This document shows positions 13,623-24,661 of a stretch of DNA of 35,298 nt, one piece after another. Under the pieces are notes generated by a model, which saw only the letters and a program-made list of their open reading frames with translations, was not told the origin of the DNA and made no database searches. The stretch's first letter is position 1. Every line of letters begins with the position of its first letter. The translations under genes and the position numbers were made by a program. The stretch is from a virus (taxonomy: Duplodnaviria > Heunggongvirae > Uroviricota > Caudoviricetes), in IMG/VR virus record IMGVR_UViG_3300037454_000603, positions 143,646 to 178,943 of that record, one strand, 5' to 3'.

Positions 13623-16448
13623 TTAATATTCAGTAGCACCGATAAAGATATCTTCGTCGTCTGCCTCTCCACTTACCTTGAATAACTCGGCATCATCAAG
13701 CAAGTTGAGATTTTCTGTATTCTTAACCATCTTAGAGCCGTCATTTTCTTCTTCATTTTCAACAACATTGTATTGAACGAGTCTTACCATTACGCCATCT
13801 TCAGGACGAAGTACTTCCATATTCATGTCGAATACGCTAGGATCGCCTTCTGCTTCAAGAGTAATAGTCTTTTCAGCTGTCATCTTAGCTTGTGGTATAA
13901 TGAACTGGAATCTCTCGTCTTCACCAGTTTCCTTAGAACGAACATAAGTGTCACCAACAACCTTATATGTACCAGGGAACTTATCAGCGGAAATTTCAAT
14001 TACATGACCAAGAGATTCACCTTCATAAGCTACGGAACGAGTCCACTTAAGGAATACCTCACCCTCAGCAATAGGTGTACCATCCTGATAAGGTTCCATA
14101 GTATTAAGGTCTATAAATACAGCCTGTGCTGTCTTATCTGCCTCAGAAGGAACTCCATTCTGGTTGCCCGCTGGAACAATGAAGCTTCTCTTAGCTGTAA
14201 CCTTTTCAGTTCTATCTATTGTCTTAGCTTCTTTAATGCCCTTTCTAAAGTCTCCGCCTTCATAGCTACCAAACATAGCACTCATTGAAGCAGGAGTAAA
14301 TAAAGCATCCTGAAGTGAAAGTGTTATAGCCTTACCAAAGTCCCAACCAATTAAGTTACCATTGCCGCGGCCGCCTGTTGCATAAGTTGTTTCAGCAGTT
14401 TGCTCGATGGTAGAAATCTTAAGAGTATCAAGAAACAATACTGGAACATATCTGTTAACTTTCTTAGTAATCTTACGAACATTTAACTTCTTAACTTCGC
14501 AAACTGCTTCAAAAGTTTCGTCATTAATAGTAACATCAGTTGTATGAACAAGACCATTCTTTACGCAAACTTCAGCTTGCTTGTTGCTTATATAGCCACC
14601 TTCGCTAACCATCCAAGCTGTCTTCTTAATATCCTTGTCACCATGACGATTAACTACAAAGATAAGGCCCTTATTACCAATTATAACAAGTGCAAGCCAT
14701 TCGGTCTTAACAAAAATCTTGTCCTGATAATATAACTTATTACCCTTCTTATCATCAAAAGTAAATACACCTTCATCATCAAGAGAAAGCTGACGATAAT
14801 TTCTATTGTGGAGTAAATAAATGTGAGCATTAGCTGCAGTTGTAGCACTTACTGTATTAACATAAATTGCTCTATTAGATTCATTATCGGTTGTATAATC
14901 AACTTCGATTTCCTTTCCAATTGCACTATCAAGATAAGAAAGTGTTGCAAGAGCATCAAGTACACTAGAAAGTCTATAATTAGATGTTACGTTGCCATAA
15001 TCATCCTGAATTGTTGTGCCGCCATTGGAATAAGTGTAAAGTGCTGTATTTGTATCAACATCTTCTGCACCGATTGCAGGAATCTTTTGACCAGTTACCT
15101 TATAACCACCAAAGAGTCCTTTAATACCAGTGGTTTTAGTATTATTATTAGCATCAAGAATCTTTTGCTGCTGTCTCAAAGCATCAATTGCATCATTGAT
15201 AGAATAATGTTCATCTTCTCCCCACATTGTAGCGCCAGCAAGAGCAATATCCTTACCTTTACCATAAGTTATAGGAGCAACATAATCTGTAGCAAAGTTA
15301 CCCACAACAGCCTTATCACGCTTGTTATATCTAGTTCCAAGGAACTTAGGATTAAAGTAACCCATTTCATCCTCGACAACAAGTTCTGCATAATTATTAT
15401 AAACTATATCATAAGCTTTAGCTTCAAAAGTTTGTACAAGCTCATTAATAAGAGTATTTACATCCTCAAGATCATAGTTATTAACTGACCAAGAAGCTGT
15501 CTCAGGAAGAGCTTCAGTTGAAGCAAAAGAAGCTGCAGGGCCAAGAACTACAACTCTTTCAGTTGACTGAGGGCCTAAAGCATAAGCATCTTCAAAAGTT
15601 AAGTTACTAATCATATTGTCTGCATCATAGAAACGATAGCGGGCACCTGCTTTGGTTATTAAATTCTGTCTCTTAGCAAAGAGCATAAAAGCCTGCTCAG
15701 CATATGTGTACTCATGAGTACCTACCTTTCTAGGAGCATCGCCATATTCACGACCTGTTGTGCTATAAACACCAGTTGCAGCATCAGTATCGTTTTCAAA
15801 AGTAGCTGTACCTTCTCCCTTGAATGTTACTGTATAAGTAACTTCATATGTTTCAGGATCAGAACCAACTTCTACAGTGGCAACTATATCTTTTTTACCA
15901 TAAGTTACATTAAACTCTAAAGTGCCATCGAGTTCGTAGCCTTCATCTTCCAATTCTTCGAAAGTATAAGTTCTTTGAGTGGTATTGTCTCGAACAACAA
16001 TATCAGATACAAAATTACTACCTTTACCAGAAATAGCATTGTTAAATCCTTCTTCAAGATTAGCATTAAAAGTAGCTTCTACATCACTATAATCTACTGT
16101 AACTGCTCCTTCTGGACCAGCAGAACCGGTCTGATTATTCATGTGTGTTTCAGTAACAGTAAATGAACCAGCTAAAGAAACAGTAGTATTGATAACGTCA
16201 TCACAGTCATAATTAACACCAGTTATGAGATCAGCTTCGGTAAATACATAAGCATCAAAGCCTTCATCAATACTGATACCATTTTCAAAAGGATAAACTG
16301 TTTTAAGTTCAACAGCACCCTTAAGAATAGACTTAGCTGTAATGGTACGCTGAGACTCATAAGTCTCTTCTTTCTTTTCGATACGATAGAAAGTTACGTC
16401 AGCAACTTCTTTAATACCGTATTTTTCAAAAAGGTTTTGAGTAGCCAT
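13623..16448 (-). CDS. Major tail (tube) protein with ~640-aa insertion (941 aa, no TAG codons)
   Basis: Intact ORF with AAGGAGG RBS and its own terminator, located after the neck genes. Tube-like core motifs (LDTLKIST, ATGGRGN, ITLSLQDALF, ADKFPGTYKVVGDT, AEGDPSVFDM). Confidence 0.8.
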   Translation of the reverse strand: MATQNLFEKYGIKEVADVTFYRIEKKEETYESQRTITAKSILKGAVELKTVYPFENGISIDEGFDAYVFTEADLITGVNYDCDDVINTTVSLAGSFTVTETHMNNQTGSAGPEGAVTVDYSDVEATFNANLEEGFNNAISGKGSNFVSDIVVRDNTTQRTYTFEELEDEGYELDGTLEFNVTYGKKDIVATVEVGSDPETYEVTYTVTFKGEGTATFENDTDAATGVYSTTGREYGDAPRKVGTHEYTYAEQAFMLFAKRQNLITKAGARYRFYDADNMISNLTFEDAYALGPQSTERVVVLGPAASFASTEALPETASWSVNNYDLEDVNTLINELVQTFEAKAYDIVYNNYAELVVEDEMGYFNPKFLGTRYNKRDKAVVGNFATDYVAPITYGKGKDIALAGATMWGEDEHYSINDAIDALRQQQKILDANNNTKTTGIKGLFGGYKVTGQKIPAIGAEDVDTNTALYTYSNGGTTIQDDYGNVTSNYRLSSVLDALATLSYLDSAIGKEIEVDYTTDNESNRAIYVNTVSATTAANAHIYLLHNRNYRQLSLDDEGVFTFDDKKGNKLYYQDKIFVKTEWLALVIIGNKGLIFVVNRHGDKDIKKTAWMVSEGGYISNKQAEVCVKNGLVHTTDVTINDETFEAVCEVKKLNVRKITKKVNRYVPVLFLDTLKISTIEQTAETTYATGGRGNGNLIGWDFGKAITLSLQDALFTPASMSAMFGSYEGGDFRKGIKEAKTIDRTEKVTAKRSFIVPAGNQNGVPSEADKTAQAVFIDLNTMEPYQDGTPIAEGEVFLKWTRSVAYEGESLGHVIEISADKFPGTYKVVGDTYVRSKETGEDERFQFIIPQAKMTAEKTITLEAEGDPSVFDMNMEVLRPEDGVMVRLVQYNVVENEEENDGSKMVKNTENLNLLDDAELFKVSGEADDEDIFIGATEY

Positions 16449-16463
16449 TCTTTCTTAACCTCC

Positions 16464-17213
16464 TTATTCTTCTTTGGAGCTTTCGCCCCAGTATTTGGTT
16501 TTTATCTTTTTACTGTCTGCACCTGCACATAGCATTTGAATGTCCTAATCCCATTTTTCTTTTAGCTAATGTCTTCGAATCAAACGATAAAAAGAAAATA
16601 AACTGCATTTATCAGTGTCTATTCCGAAAACTTCTGCAATTTCAAGAAGGTCTAGCAAAGACTATCCCTCACCATCTTTCTACGCCTATCTTTTCTTTAC
16701 AGCGGCAACTTTTTCTCTTAAAAGTCGCATTTTTCTTTGACCAGGAGTTTCATTTTCTGGCGGCGGTTCTTCAACATCTTTCTAATTCTAAACTTTTAAA
16801 ATGTCTTGAAAGTCTCGAAAATTTTTTGAAGTTATTAAACGTCGCTCCTCAGGACTCCCGATTAGAATAGCATTTATTTTTGGAAGTATTAGTACTTCTT
16901 CCTTTATAAAAGTAGAAAAAGCAGATTCAAGCTCTAAAAAAAACATATCATCATTATCAGCACTTTGAATTAAATATCCTAATGGGTCTATTTCTTCCAA
17001 TGGTACCTCTTGATTAATTTTTTCTTTAATCATCTGTGCTATTTCTACTTCTGTTAACAATAATAATCCTAATTTTCTATTGTAAACATTAATGCCCATT
17101 TTTAAAATTTCTGTCAAAGTTAAAGGATAAATTTCACAAATATTTTCCAATTTGCTAGGTAAACATTTGAAAGCCTAGCATTTAATATCTTCAATCTAAT
17201 TAGCTGAAAGCAT
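16464..17213 (-). CDS. Hypothetical tail-region protein, possibly an assembly chaperone (249 aa; TAG=Gln)
   Basis: ATG 17213 to TAA 16464 with TAG readthrough; contains track ORF 16788-17150. Function from position only. Confidence 0.7.
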
Positions 17214-17700
17214 TAATTCTAAACCTCATTGCATAGCTTCCCATTTCTTCTGTAATAGCAGAAGCCTCAAAGCCAAGATAAGTTATTTCTCCTAAACCAT
17301 TAATACGTTTACCCTATAAACTTTGTCTAATTTCAGACATAATAGCAAAAGGCCTTATTGTATCTCCTGCTATAAGCCATTCATTAAATGGGCAATACAC
17401 TATAATTGTTAAAATTACATTCTCATTATCACTGTTGTTGGCATTAATTTCTCCACTACTAAAAAGAATAACTAATTTAGATTTTGTATTCTACTCTTCT
17501 GGAGTTAATAGTGGAACTACCCTGACTAATTTGTGTAAAAATTTTAGTCCATCAAGCTAATTTGGATGTTTATTTTTATTTAATGGGTCTAAATCAGTAT
17601 TTTCAAGTAGCATTAATAAATTTTGATTAGATAAAAGTTTCTTGGCTATTTTTATCAAATTTTTTCCATGCTCTTGACCATATTTTACTGTTGATATCAC
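17200..17700 (-). CDS. Putative tail terminator/completion protein (166 aa; TAG=Gln)
   Basis: GTG start after AGGTGA, open to TAA 17200 with TAG readthrough; absent from the track. Size and position fit a neck/tail-completion gene. Confidence 0.65.
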
Positions 17701-17704
17701 ATTA

Positions 17705-18433
17705 TCACCTGCCATTTAAGAAGAAGTTGGTATCTTCTCCGACTAATATATCTTCCGAAGAACGAGGCTCTTCTTCTCTTTTTAGTTTTTCTTCTATAAA
17801 AACGTAAGCGACATTGTGAACACTTAAATTATCTTTTCCAACAATTTCCCATCCTCTATCCAAGTAATTAAAATACTATCCTTTTTTAAGAATTTCACTG
17901 TCGGCTGTAACAAAGCCCCTTTGCATATTCGGCTCTTCGTATCCTTTACCGCGAGTAAAATTAAAAGTATCTTTGACAAATTGGCTAGATGCATTAATGA
18001 ATTTTGATGGAACGATACCTATCGTATCACCATATTCATTTGTAATATTAAGCTATGTATCTAAACAAATACATTTATAAAGCTAGTGTCCTTTTATCAC
18101 TTCTTCTGCCGCAAAAAGTACAAGCCAAAGCTTATCATATTCTACCTTATCAATTTTCTAAAGTATATTTAATATATCTCCAGATTCTAATGGTGCCGCG
18201 GCACGAGGTATTAAAAGATTTCCAATTAATCCACTTTCATTCCATTTATTTGGCTATAAAGAACAAAGAACATCACTAACTTCTCCATTGGTTGCATAAA
18301 TATAACTCTAATATTGAGTTTTCTTTATATACAACTTATTAAATTCATTCTCCTTTCGAGTCTAAATTCTTTCCTGTCGAGTTTTTCCATCTTTGTTCAT
18401 TCTTTTTAAATAAACTTCATCAAAATAACTCAT
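17705..18433 (-). CDS. Putative head closure/neck protein (242 aa; TAG=Gln)
   Basis: ATG overlaps the upstream TGA (ATGA). MSYFDEVYLKRMNKDG... is open to TGA 17705 with TAG readthrough; absent from the track. Confidence 0.65.
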
Positions 18434-18705
18434 TTTAAATCAACTCTGTCAAATAAATTCATACACTCAAAAATGGTCTTACGATAATATTTAAAAGACA
18501 GATACCTACAAGCCGCTAATTTTGCATATAAGGTATAATATTCAATGGTCTTATTACTATCATCATAGCCAGCTAACTCAATTAAAATTGTATCTAAATA
18601 TTTCTCCCACTCACCATCTTTTTCTCTTTCTCTTAATAGACCATAAAGCTTATTTTTCATTTTATCTTTATAAGCTTCTTGAGTAACTTCTTTAATAGTT
18701 CCCAC
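18430..18705 (-). CDS. Small neck-region protein (91 aa)
   Basis: Track ORF 18430-18738; start reassigned to GTG 18705, downstream of AGAAGGAG. Confidence 0.75.
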   Translation of the reverse strand: MGTIKEVTQEAYKDKMKNKLYGLLREREKDGEWEKYLDTILIELAGYDDSNKTIEYYTLYAKLAACRYLSFKYYRKTIFECMNLFDRVDLK

Positions 18706-18706
18706 T

Positions 18707-19171
18707 TTAGAATCTCCTTCTAAAATTGCCGCCCGCAAGTCGACTATAAGAATAAGACTTTTTCTAAGGAGATCTATAATACATTCGTTCTAAATGTGCG
18801 GCCTCCTCAAAAACCTGGTCTTTAAGAGAAATAAAAGTTTTTAATAAATTAGCCTGAGAGAAATCTTTTTCATCATATTGAGTTTTAATATTTTCCCATG
18901 AATCAATTGTTCTTTTAAGCCACTCATATTTCATATAAGTGGCTATTACTTGAATTTCATCCGAAGTCATATTGGTGTCTTTAAAAGACTAAGTTTCTTC
19001 ATCTATTTCAACACTACATCTAGGAAATTTAAAGTAAGGAAGTGCTGAGTCCAAAAAGGCTCTCCAATCCTTTAAAAACCATTCTAAATCTTCTCTATTA
19101 AAGTCGCCTGCCCAGTCATCTTCATTAACTTTTGATAGAAAAGCATTATAAACGTCCATCAAGGTTGCCAT
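18707..19171 (-). CDS. Putative head-tail adaptor (154 aa; TAG=Gln)
   Basis: Joins track ORFs 18989-19177 and 18764-18970 in frame. AAGGAGG RBS; helical protein after the capsid genes (DVYNAFLSKV...EIQVIATYMKYEWL...DFSQANLL). Confidence 0.72.
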
Positions 19172-19187
19172 TATCAACCCTCCTTAA

Positions 19188-19721
19188 TTATCTACGTCCT
19201 ACCTCGTTTCTATAGTTATCTTCTCTAGTTCTTTGAGCTGCATCAAACTCTTCCATAACTATATCATTTGATACCATTTTTAAAACATCTTTTCCACAAA
19301 GCTACTTAAGGAAATAACATTTTTCACTATCTGTGTAACGATGCTCCGCAGCAAAAGATACAAGATTATCCACTTGAATTCGAGGTAAATTTGAAACTTC
19401 TCTTTTAAAAACATCAATAGGCAGAGAAGTCATAAATTCTATCATTTGTTTCTCGTTGAGTACTAATATATTCACAGGCTTATCAGCCTCTTCTGGCTCC
19501 AAACCCAAATCTTTTTTAGTTTGCATATCTTCAATATAAAGAATACCTGAATCAATTAAACTTCTAAAACCAGAATCCCAAAGTAATTGAGATACAGTAT
19601 CAAAGGGTAGGGTTTGTGTCTATCCCATCTTCTGCCATCTTCTATTAACTCCAAACTCAGGCTTTCTAACTGAAACTAAACTATCTACTGTACTCTTAAG
19701 AGCTACCATTCTATCTGCCAT
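19188..19721 (-). CDS. Hypothetical protein after the major capsid gene (177 aa; TAG=Gln)
   Basis: ATG 19721 with AAGGAGG; contains track ORF 19302-19526; ends at TAA 19188. Confidence 0.8.
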
Positions 19722-19743
19722 ATTAAATTCCTCCTTTTAACTC

Positions 19744-19776
19744 AAAAGGGTAGGTGAGAAAACTCACCCACCCTTC
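19744..19776 (-). terminator. Intrinsic terminator after the capsid gene
   Basis: AAGGGTGGGTGAG-tttt-CTCACCTACCCTT followed by TT. Confidence 0.75.
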
Positions 19777-19814
19777 CAACATTTTATTATCTATTTGTTC
19801 TATCTTAATTATAA

Positions 19815-20915
19815 TTATGGGGTGAAGTTTGTAGGATACTTAGTAGGATACCTATCAGGATCCTGAAGGTCAGCATTTACATATACGCACCAATCGTAGT
19901 TGGTAAGAATAGCAACGCCAACTCTCTGATAAACTTCTACCTCAAAGCTTCTATCTCTATGCTGCCAATCATCTATCTGAACAGGACCTTCAAATACTAT
20001 CTTAACAGGCTTAGTTCTACCGTTAGGGAAGATATAAGCAAGTGCAGGGTTAGTAACTGTAACTTCATTAGTCTCATCAGTATAAGACTGAGGCATTTCA
20101 ACGATAGGATTACCACGGAATGTCTTAATTCTACCAGTCTGTGCAATTTCCTCAATATTTCTAGGATTATAAACAGGAGTTGCAACACCCATACCAGCAG
20201 AGCTTACAGGCCATACAACAGGCATACCAATTGCATCAGGACCCATTGCAGTAACGAATTCAGGAGTAGCAAAGATTGTTACGCCGCCATTACCATAGGT
20301 ACCTGCTACTTGACAAAGCTGAGCCATTGCATCAGCATCAAAGCCTGCAGTTATAACCTTATTCTTAGCAGGTCTATTCTGAGCATTTACAGCGGCAATA
20401 AGAGCCTTCTGAATTTCACCATAAACTGCTTCTTCGAGACCTTCGTAAAGAATTTCTGTAGACTCAGCAATATCTTCATCGCCGCAAAGATATCTTTCGA
20501 AGTCTATATAAGCAGCGCCACCAATTGCACGTCCGCCAACTTCAAAAGTATTCTTATCAAGTCTGAAGCTCTCATAAACACCAGAAAGAGCAACGGCAGT
20601 AATAAACTGCTTAGCACGTCTACGTCCAGTATTTATAACGAACTGAGCTTTTTCATTCATACCAACTGTTTTAATTTCAGCAAAAGAACCCATGAACTGT
20701 TCAACTTGCTTAGGAAGTACTTCAGTATAAGCTTCCTGCATAATTTCAAATAAATCAAGTTTATTTCTTCTATAAGAATTATAATCGTAAGCAATCTCGT
20801 GAATTGCCTCTCTTACCGCACCTTTAACATCTTCTGCGGAATACTTAGTAGGATCGGGAGTTCTTCCATAGAAAGAGCATACTACCAAATCCTTAATAGC
20901 TTTTGTATCTACCAT
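19815..20915 (-). CDS. Major capsid protein (366 aa, no TAG codons)
   Basis: ATG 20915 after GGAAGGAGG. Size, position after the protease/scaffold gene, high-expression-like codon usage and a following terminator. Confidence 0.85.
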   Translation of the reverse strand: MVDTKAIKDLVVCSFYGRTPDPTKYSAEDVKGAVREAIHEIAYDYNSYRRNKLDLFEIMQEAYTEVLPKQVEQFMGSFAEIKTVGMNEKAQFVINTGRRRAKQFITAVALSGVYESFRLDKNTFEVGGRAIGGAAYIDFERYLCGDEDIAESTEILYEGLEEAVYGEIQKALIAAVNAQNRPAKNKVITAGFDADAMAQLCQVAGTYGNGGVTIFATPEFVTAMGPDAIGMPVVWPVSSAGMGVATPVYNPRNIEEIAQTGRIKTFRGNPIVEMPQSYTDETNEVTVTNPALAYIFPNGRTKPVKIVFEGPVQIDDWQHRDRSFEVEVYQRVGVAILTNYDWCVYVNADLQDPDRYPTKYPTNFTP

Positions 20916-20937
20916 ATTCTTTCTAACCTCCTTCCTA

Positions 20938-21618
20938 TTAAGCACTTACAGGCTTATTAATAAATTCAATTTTAAATGAGAGAGTAGTATCTGCATTTGT
21001 ATAGCACTCTGTTACACGAGCATATACGTTACCAATAGCGTCATCTACATCTGCACCAATTACAAGCTTACCATTAGCAACAGGAGTTACTCCCACACCA
21101 GTTTCATCTATAACGAAAGCATAAACATCGTTACCTGCAGCGAGGTCTGCCTTAACCTTCTTGTACATCTGAACAGAAGGAGAATCAGAAGATGATTGAT
21201 CTACTGTATAAACAGTATCATCCCAACATACAGAATTTGTGCAAATTCTCATACCAGGCTCAACATAACCAATTCTAGGGAGATATTCACCTGCTATCAT
21301 TGCAAAATTTCTACGACCAGGAGTAAACTGATTATAAATCTTTTCAGTAGAATAATTAATACCCATATTGCAGCCCTTATCGCTTAAAGCCTTTGTTGGG
21401 ATAGTAGCTGTCTTATTAGGCTTATCTACCATCAAGAAAGCACCATTTTCTGCATATATCATTCCCGCATCTGCTTCATCGGGAGTCATAGGGAAATTAG
21501 AAGCAAACTTTGTTTCATCAAGGAAGCACTGTGCTTCAACCATACCAGCTCTGTTAAACCATACTTGGCTAGGCTCAATCTGGCCAAAGCCTTTGCAATC
21601 AAAACGTCTAATTGCCAT
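20938..21618 (-). CDS. Capsid-associated structural (decoration-like) protein (226 aa, no TAG codons)
   Basis: Intact ORF between scaffold and MCP; GGAGG RBS; N-terminal GFGQIEPSQV and ENGAFL motifs. Confidence 0.7.
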   Translation of the reverse strand: MAIRRFDCKGFGQIEPSQVWFNRAGMVEAQCFLDETKFASNFPMTPDEADAGMIYAENGAFLMVDKPNKTATIPTKALSDKGCNMGINYSTEKIYNQFTPGRRNFAMIAGEYLPRIGYVEPGMRICTNSVCWDDTVYTVDQSSSDSPSVQMYKKVKADLAAGNDVYAFVIDETGVGVTPVANGKLVIGADVDDAIGNVYARVTECYTNADTTLSFKIEFINKPVSA

Positions 21619-23099
21619 CACTTATTACCTCCGTTTTTATAATTATTTAAAATTCTTTCCCAACCAGCATAGGACTTAGGAGTGTCGTTGCCACCTTTGT
21701 AATAACGGTCTGGCTCATCGTTTTTACTAAAGATTGTTGGGTCTTGCTCTGCCGCAGCATAAGTAACTTCCTTCTTAAAGTCTTCAACGGAATAATTATC
21801 GAATTTAGACTTAAATTCCTCAACCATAGAATCAGTTAAATGCTCAGCATATTTTAAAAGGAATTGCTCTTTCTCATTGTTTTCAACATTATGTTTGAAA
21901 GAAACAAGTTCTTCTTTTTCATTAATTAAGTCAGCATTGTTTTGCTCTAATACAACTTTTTCAGCCTCTAAAGCACTATATTTTACATTAGCCTCTTCAA
22001 TAGTTGTATCTTTTTCAGCAATTGTTGTCTCAAATTCAGAAACCTTTGCTTCGTAATCAGCAATTTGAGTTTCAAAATCTGCAATTTTTGTTTCGTTTTC
22101 TGAGATACTGTTCTTTAAATTCTCAATTTCAGCTACATTGCTTTCAGAATTTTCCTTGTAAGCTTCAAAGCTACCACTTGCCGCCTTCATAGCATTAAGA
22201 GCATTCATTTCGGCTTCAGTCACGTCAGTAATATAACAATTTTCTACTTTATCAATAGTAACAGTATCATCTTCATTCTTAGTGTAATAAGCTCTCTTAT
22301 ATCCATCTTTACTAACAGTAAGTGCATATTCATCATATACATCAAGAACATAGCAATCAACAACAAAGCCGCCCTATTCATTAAAATTGGGGTTCATAGC
22401 TTCCCAAATCTTATCAGCTTTTTCGTTGTCAGAGAGCCTAAAAAGTGATTTATCCATTTCCATGTGCGCTTTCTCCTCCTTTTCATCAATTTTAGTTGTG
22501 TAGCTCATTAAAGCGTCATAATCGTTTTTAAGCTTTTCAAACATCAAACTGTAGAAGGCTGCGCCTTCAAAACATGGTTCAGTTGTGGTGCCCAAGGCTT
22601 GTAGTCCAAATAAGCTACCTTTATAAAAGTGATAATATGGCTGCCCATCTTCCCAAATTTTCCACTCACCAGTAAAATTATATGGGTTAATTTCCATAGA
22701 CTAAGATGAACCAGGTATCATTTTAGCCTCGTTATAAAGAGCAGTATACAGTATCACGTCTGCACAAGCGTAGGTTCTTGTAACACCGTCAGAATCTAAG
22801 TGGTCTTCCCACGCAAAATTAGGTTCTGCCATTACAAGTCCATAAATTTTGCCTTCACTATTCTTCTCCCCATGTCCTTCAAAATCAACTTCTTCATTAT
22901 TAAAAATTCCTTTAACAGGAGCATAGGGGAGAGAAGCAATAAGCTAATTTGCAAATTCATCCGATATATAAGTACGATTTCTATTTAATCCTTTATAAAA
23001 AATTCGTACTCTACATTTAGACTTAGAATCATCAAAGGCTTCTAATGCACCATATAAACTAACCTCAAATGATAGAGGTACTTTTGTATAATTATCCAT
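21618..23099 (-). CDS. Prohead protease fused to acidic coiled-coil scaffold (493 aa; TAG=Gln)
   Basis: ATG overlaps the portal TAA. RIFYKGLNRNRTYI...PVKG...GH...(TAG)SMEI...GLQALG...EPCFEGA protease-type motifs. Track ORFs 22374-22697 and 21618-22223 are in frame. Confidence 0.85.
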
Positions 23100-24661
23100 T
23101 ATTTGTCGCCCTCCTGGTCTTCTTTATTCTTTGATTCCTAGGAGTCTTGGTCTTGTTCTTCTTCTTCTTGTACGGTATCCTATTCAGAATCTTGTCCGTC
23201 AGAACTTTTACCTTTGGTCTCTCCCATCGGCTCTCCGCTCTTCTTGCCAGACTAAGTATAAGAAGATTGCAATGGCTTCAATATTTCATCAAGCTCTAGT
23301 AAATCATTTTCAAGCATTTTTAAATTAGCCAAATTTGTTTGGTCTAATCCTGTAGAAAGAATAGGAGTTAAGAAACTATAACCAAAAGAAGCTAACTCTC
23401 TCGCGCGAGAAGTGTAGTCTGCACTGTTATAATAACTTAAAGGCAAAATGATTAATTTAAATCTAATCTTTTTGTTCTCAAACTTATAATTTAGAAGAGC
23501 AGTAAAGAAATGCGCAAATCTTTGACCTAGAATCATCATCATTGCTAAGTCATTATTAGCAGAATAAGCGAGTCCCGCCTCTGTAGTTGGGAAAAAGAAT
23601 TCTTTCGAAATACCCGCTGATTCATAGATTAAATCTTGCATATCTTTTATTTCAGTTTTTTCATCGTCATCACTACTTAAATCCAATAAATCAACTTTAT
23701 TATAAGTAGTAATAACATCTACATCAGGGTTATTTGCTAACATATCAACGACACCCTCATGCATTTCTTCAGCCTCATTTGGTTCGAATACAAGTTTATT
23801 ACCATCTAAAGCAACTTGCTAAACTAAAATTCTCTTCAAAGCCTACTTTGTTCTCTCTTTATCTAAAATTTTATAGTCTTCCAAATCATCTAGTAAAGGA
23901 ATTAAATCCAAAAAAAAGGGACGCTCTTCAAAATAAGAAAAATATATACCCATTTCAGCTGGCAAGAAAATCCATTTAGGTCCGTCCTTATATTTCCAAT
24001 TGTGATAGCCTTTTTGTATTACTTTAGGATAAGTTTTTAAAATTTCTTTTCGCAAATTTTCATCTCTTATTTCATCGTCAAAAAACTTCATATTAAATTC
24101 AACAATATCAATATCCTATCCATTTTTAAAACGACTACGACAATAATCAAAAGGCAAATCTTGAATTACAATCTTTTCCCCTTCATCATGAATGAGGCCA
24201 TAATATGCACCTTTAACTAAGACTTCTTTGGCAAATAAAGCACATTTTCTTTCAACCTAAAAAGTTGTTAAAAAATCTGTAGCCTTATAATAAGTCTCAG
24301 CATTCTTCTTTTCAGTGATTTCATAAGTTCTCTTTTTTAAATAAGGAACACAAATCCAAGAATAAGTCAAAAAAGTTGCATAATGAATTATAATTCTTTT
24401 ATAAAGACCACTAACTGCAAAAAAATATTCTGATAACTATGCTCTTTGTATCGGGTCTCCGCTGACAATAATTCTATCAATTTCTTCTCTAGTGTAAACT
24501 CTATTTCTTTTATTAACAAATTTTGCGTCAGATTTTTTATAAGCATCTTTAGAGGTGGCTACCATACCAGAAAACATCCTTTTAAATTCAATAAAACGCT
24601 TATCTGTTTCAGACCTATTTTTAATAGCATCATCCAAAGATTTTAATTCGTCTATAGTCAA
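23099..24661 (-). CDS. Portal protein (520 aa; TAG=Gln)
   Basis: Track ORFs 24437-24661, 23843-24091 and 23252-23764 share one frame and end at TAG. Lies between TerL and the protease; C-terminal LKPLQSSYTQSG followed by a charged tail. Confidence 0.85.

Noticed and set aside
13623-16448. Intein or tail sheath as the explanation for the 941-aa size
   Set aside because: No Cys/Ser...His-Asn intein boundaries or LAGLIDADG motifs were seen at the insert ends. The core is shared with much smaller paralogs, unlike a sheath protein.
13773-21679. Long plus-strand ORFs 13773-14288, 14823-15488, 19959-20753, 21368-21679 and similar
   Set aside because: Antisense to codon-biased structural genes; Ser/Ile/Cys-rich composition typical of shadow ORFs.
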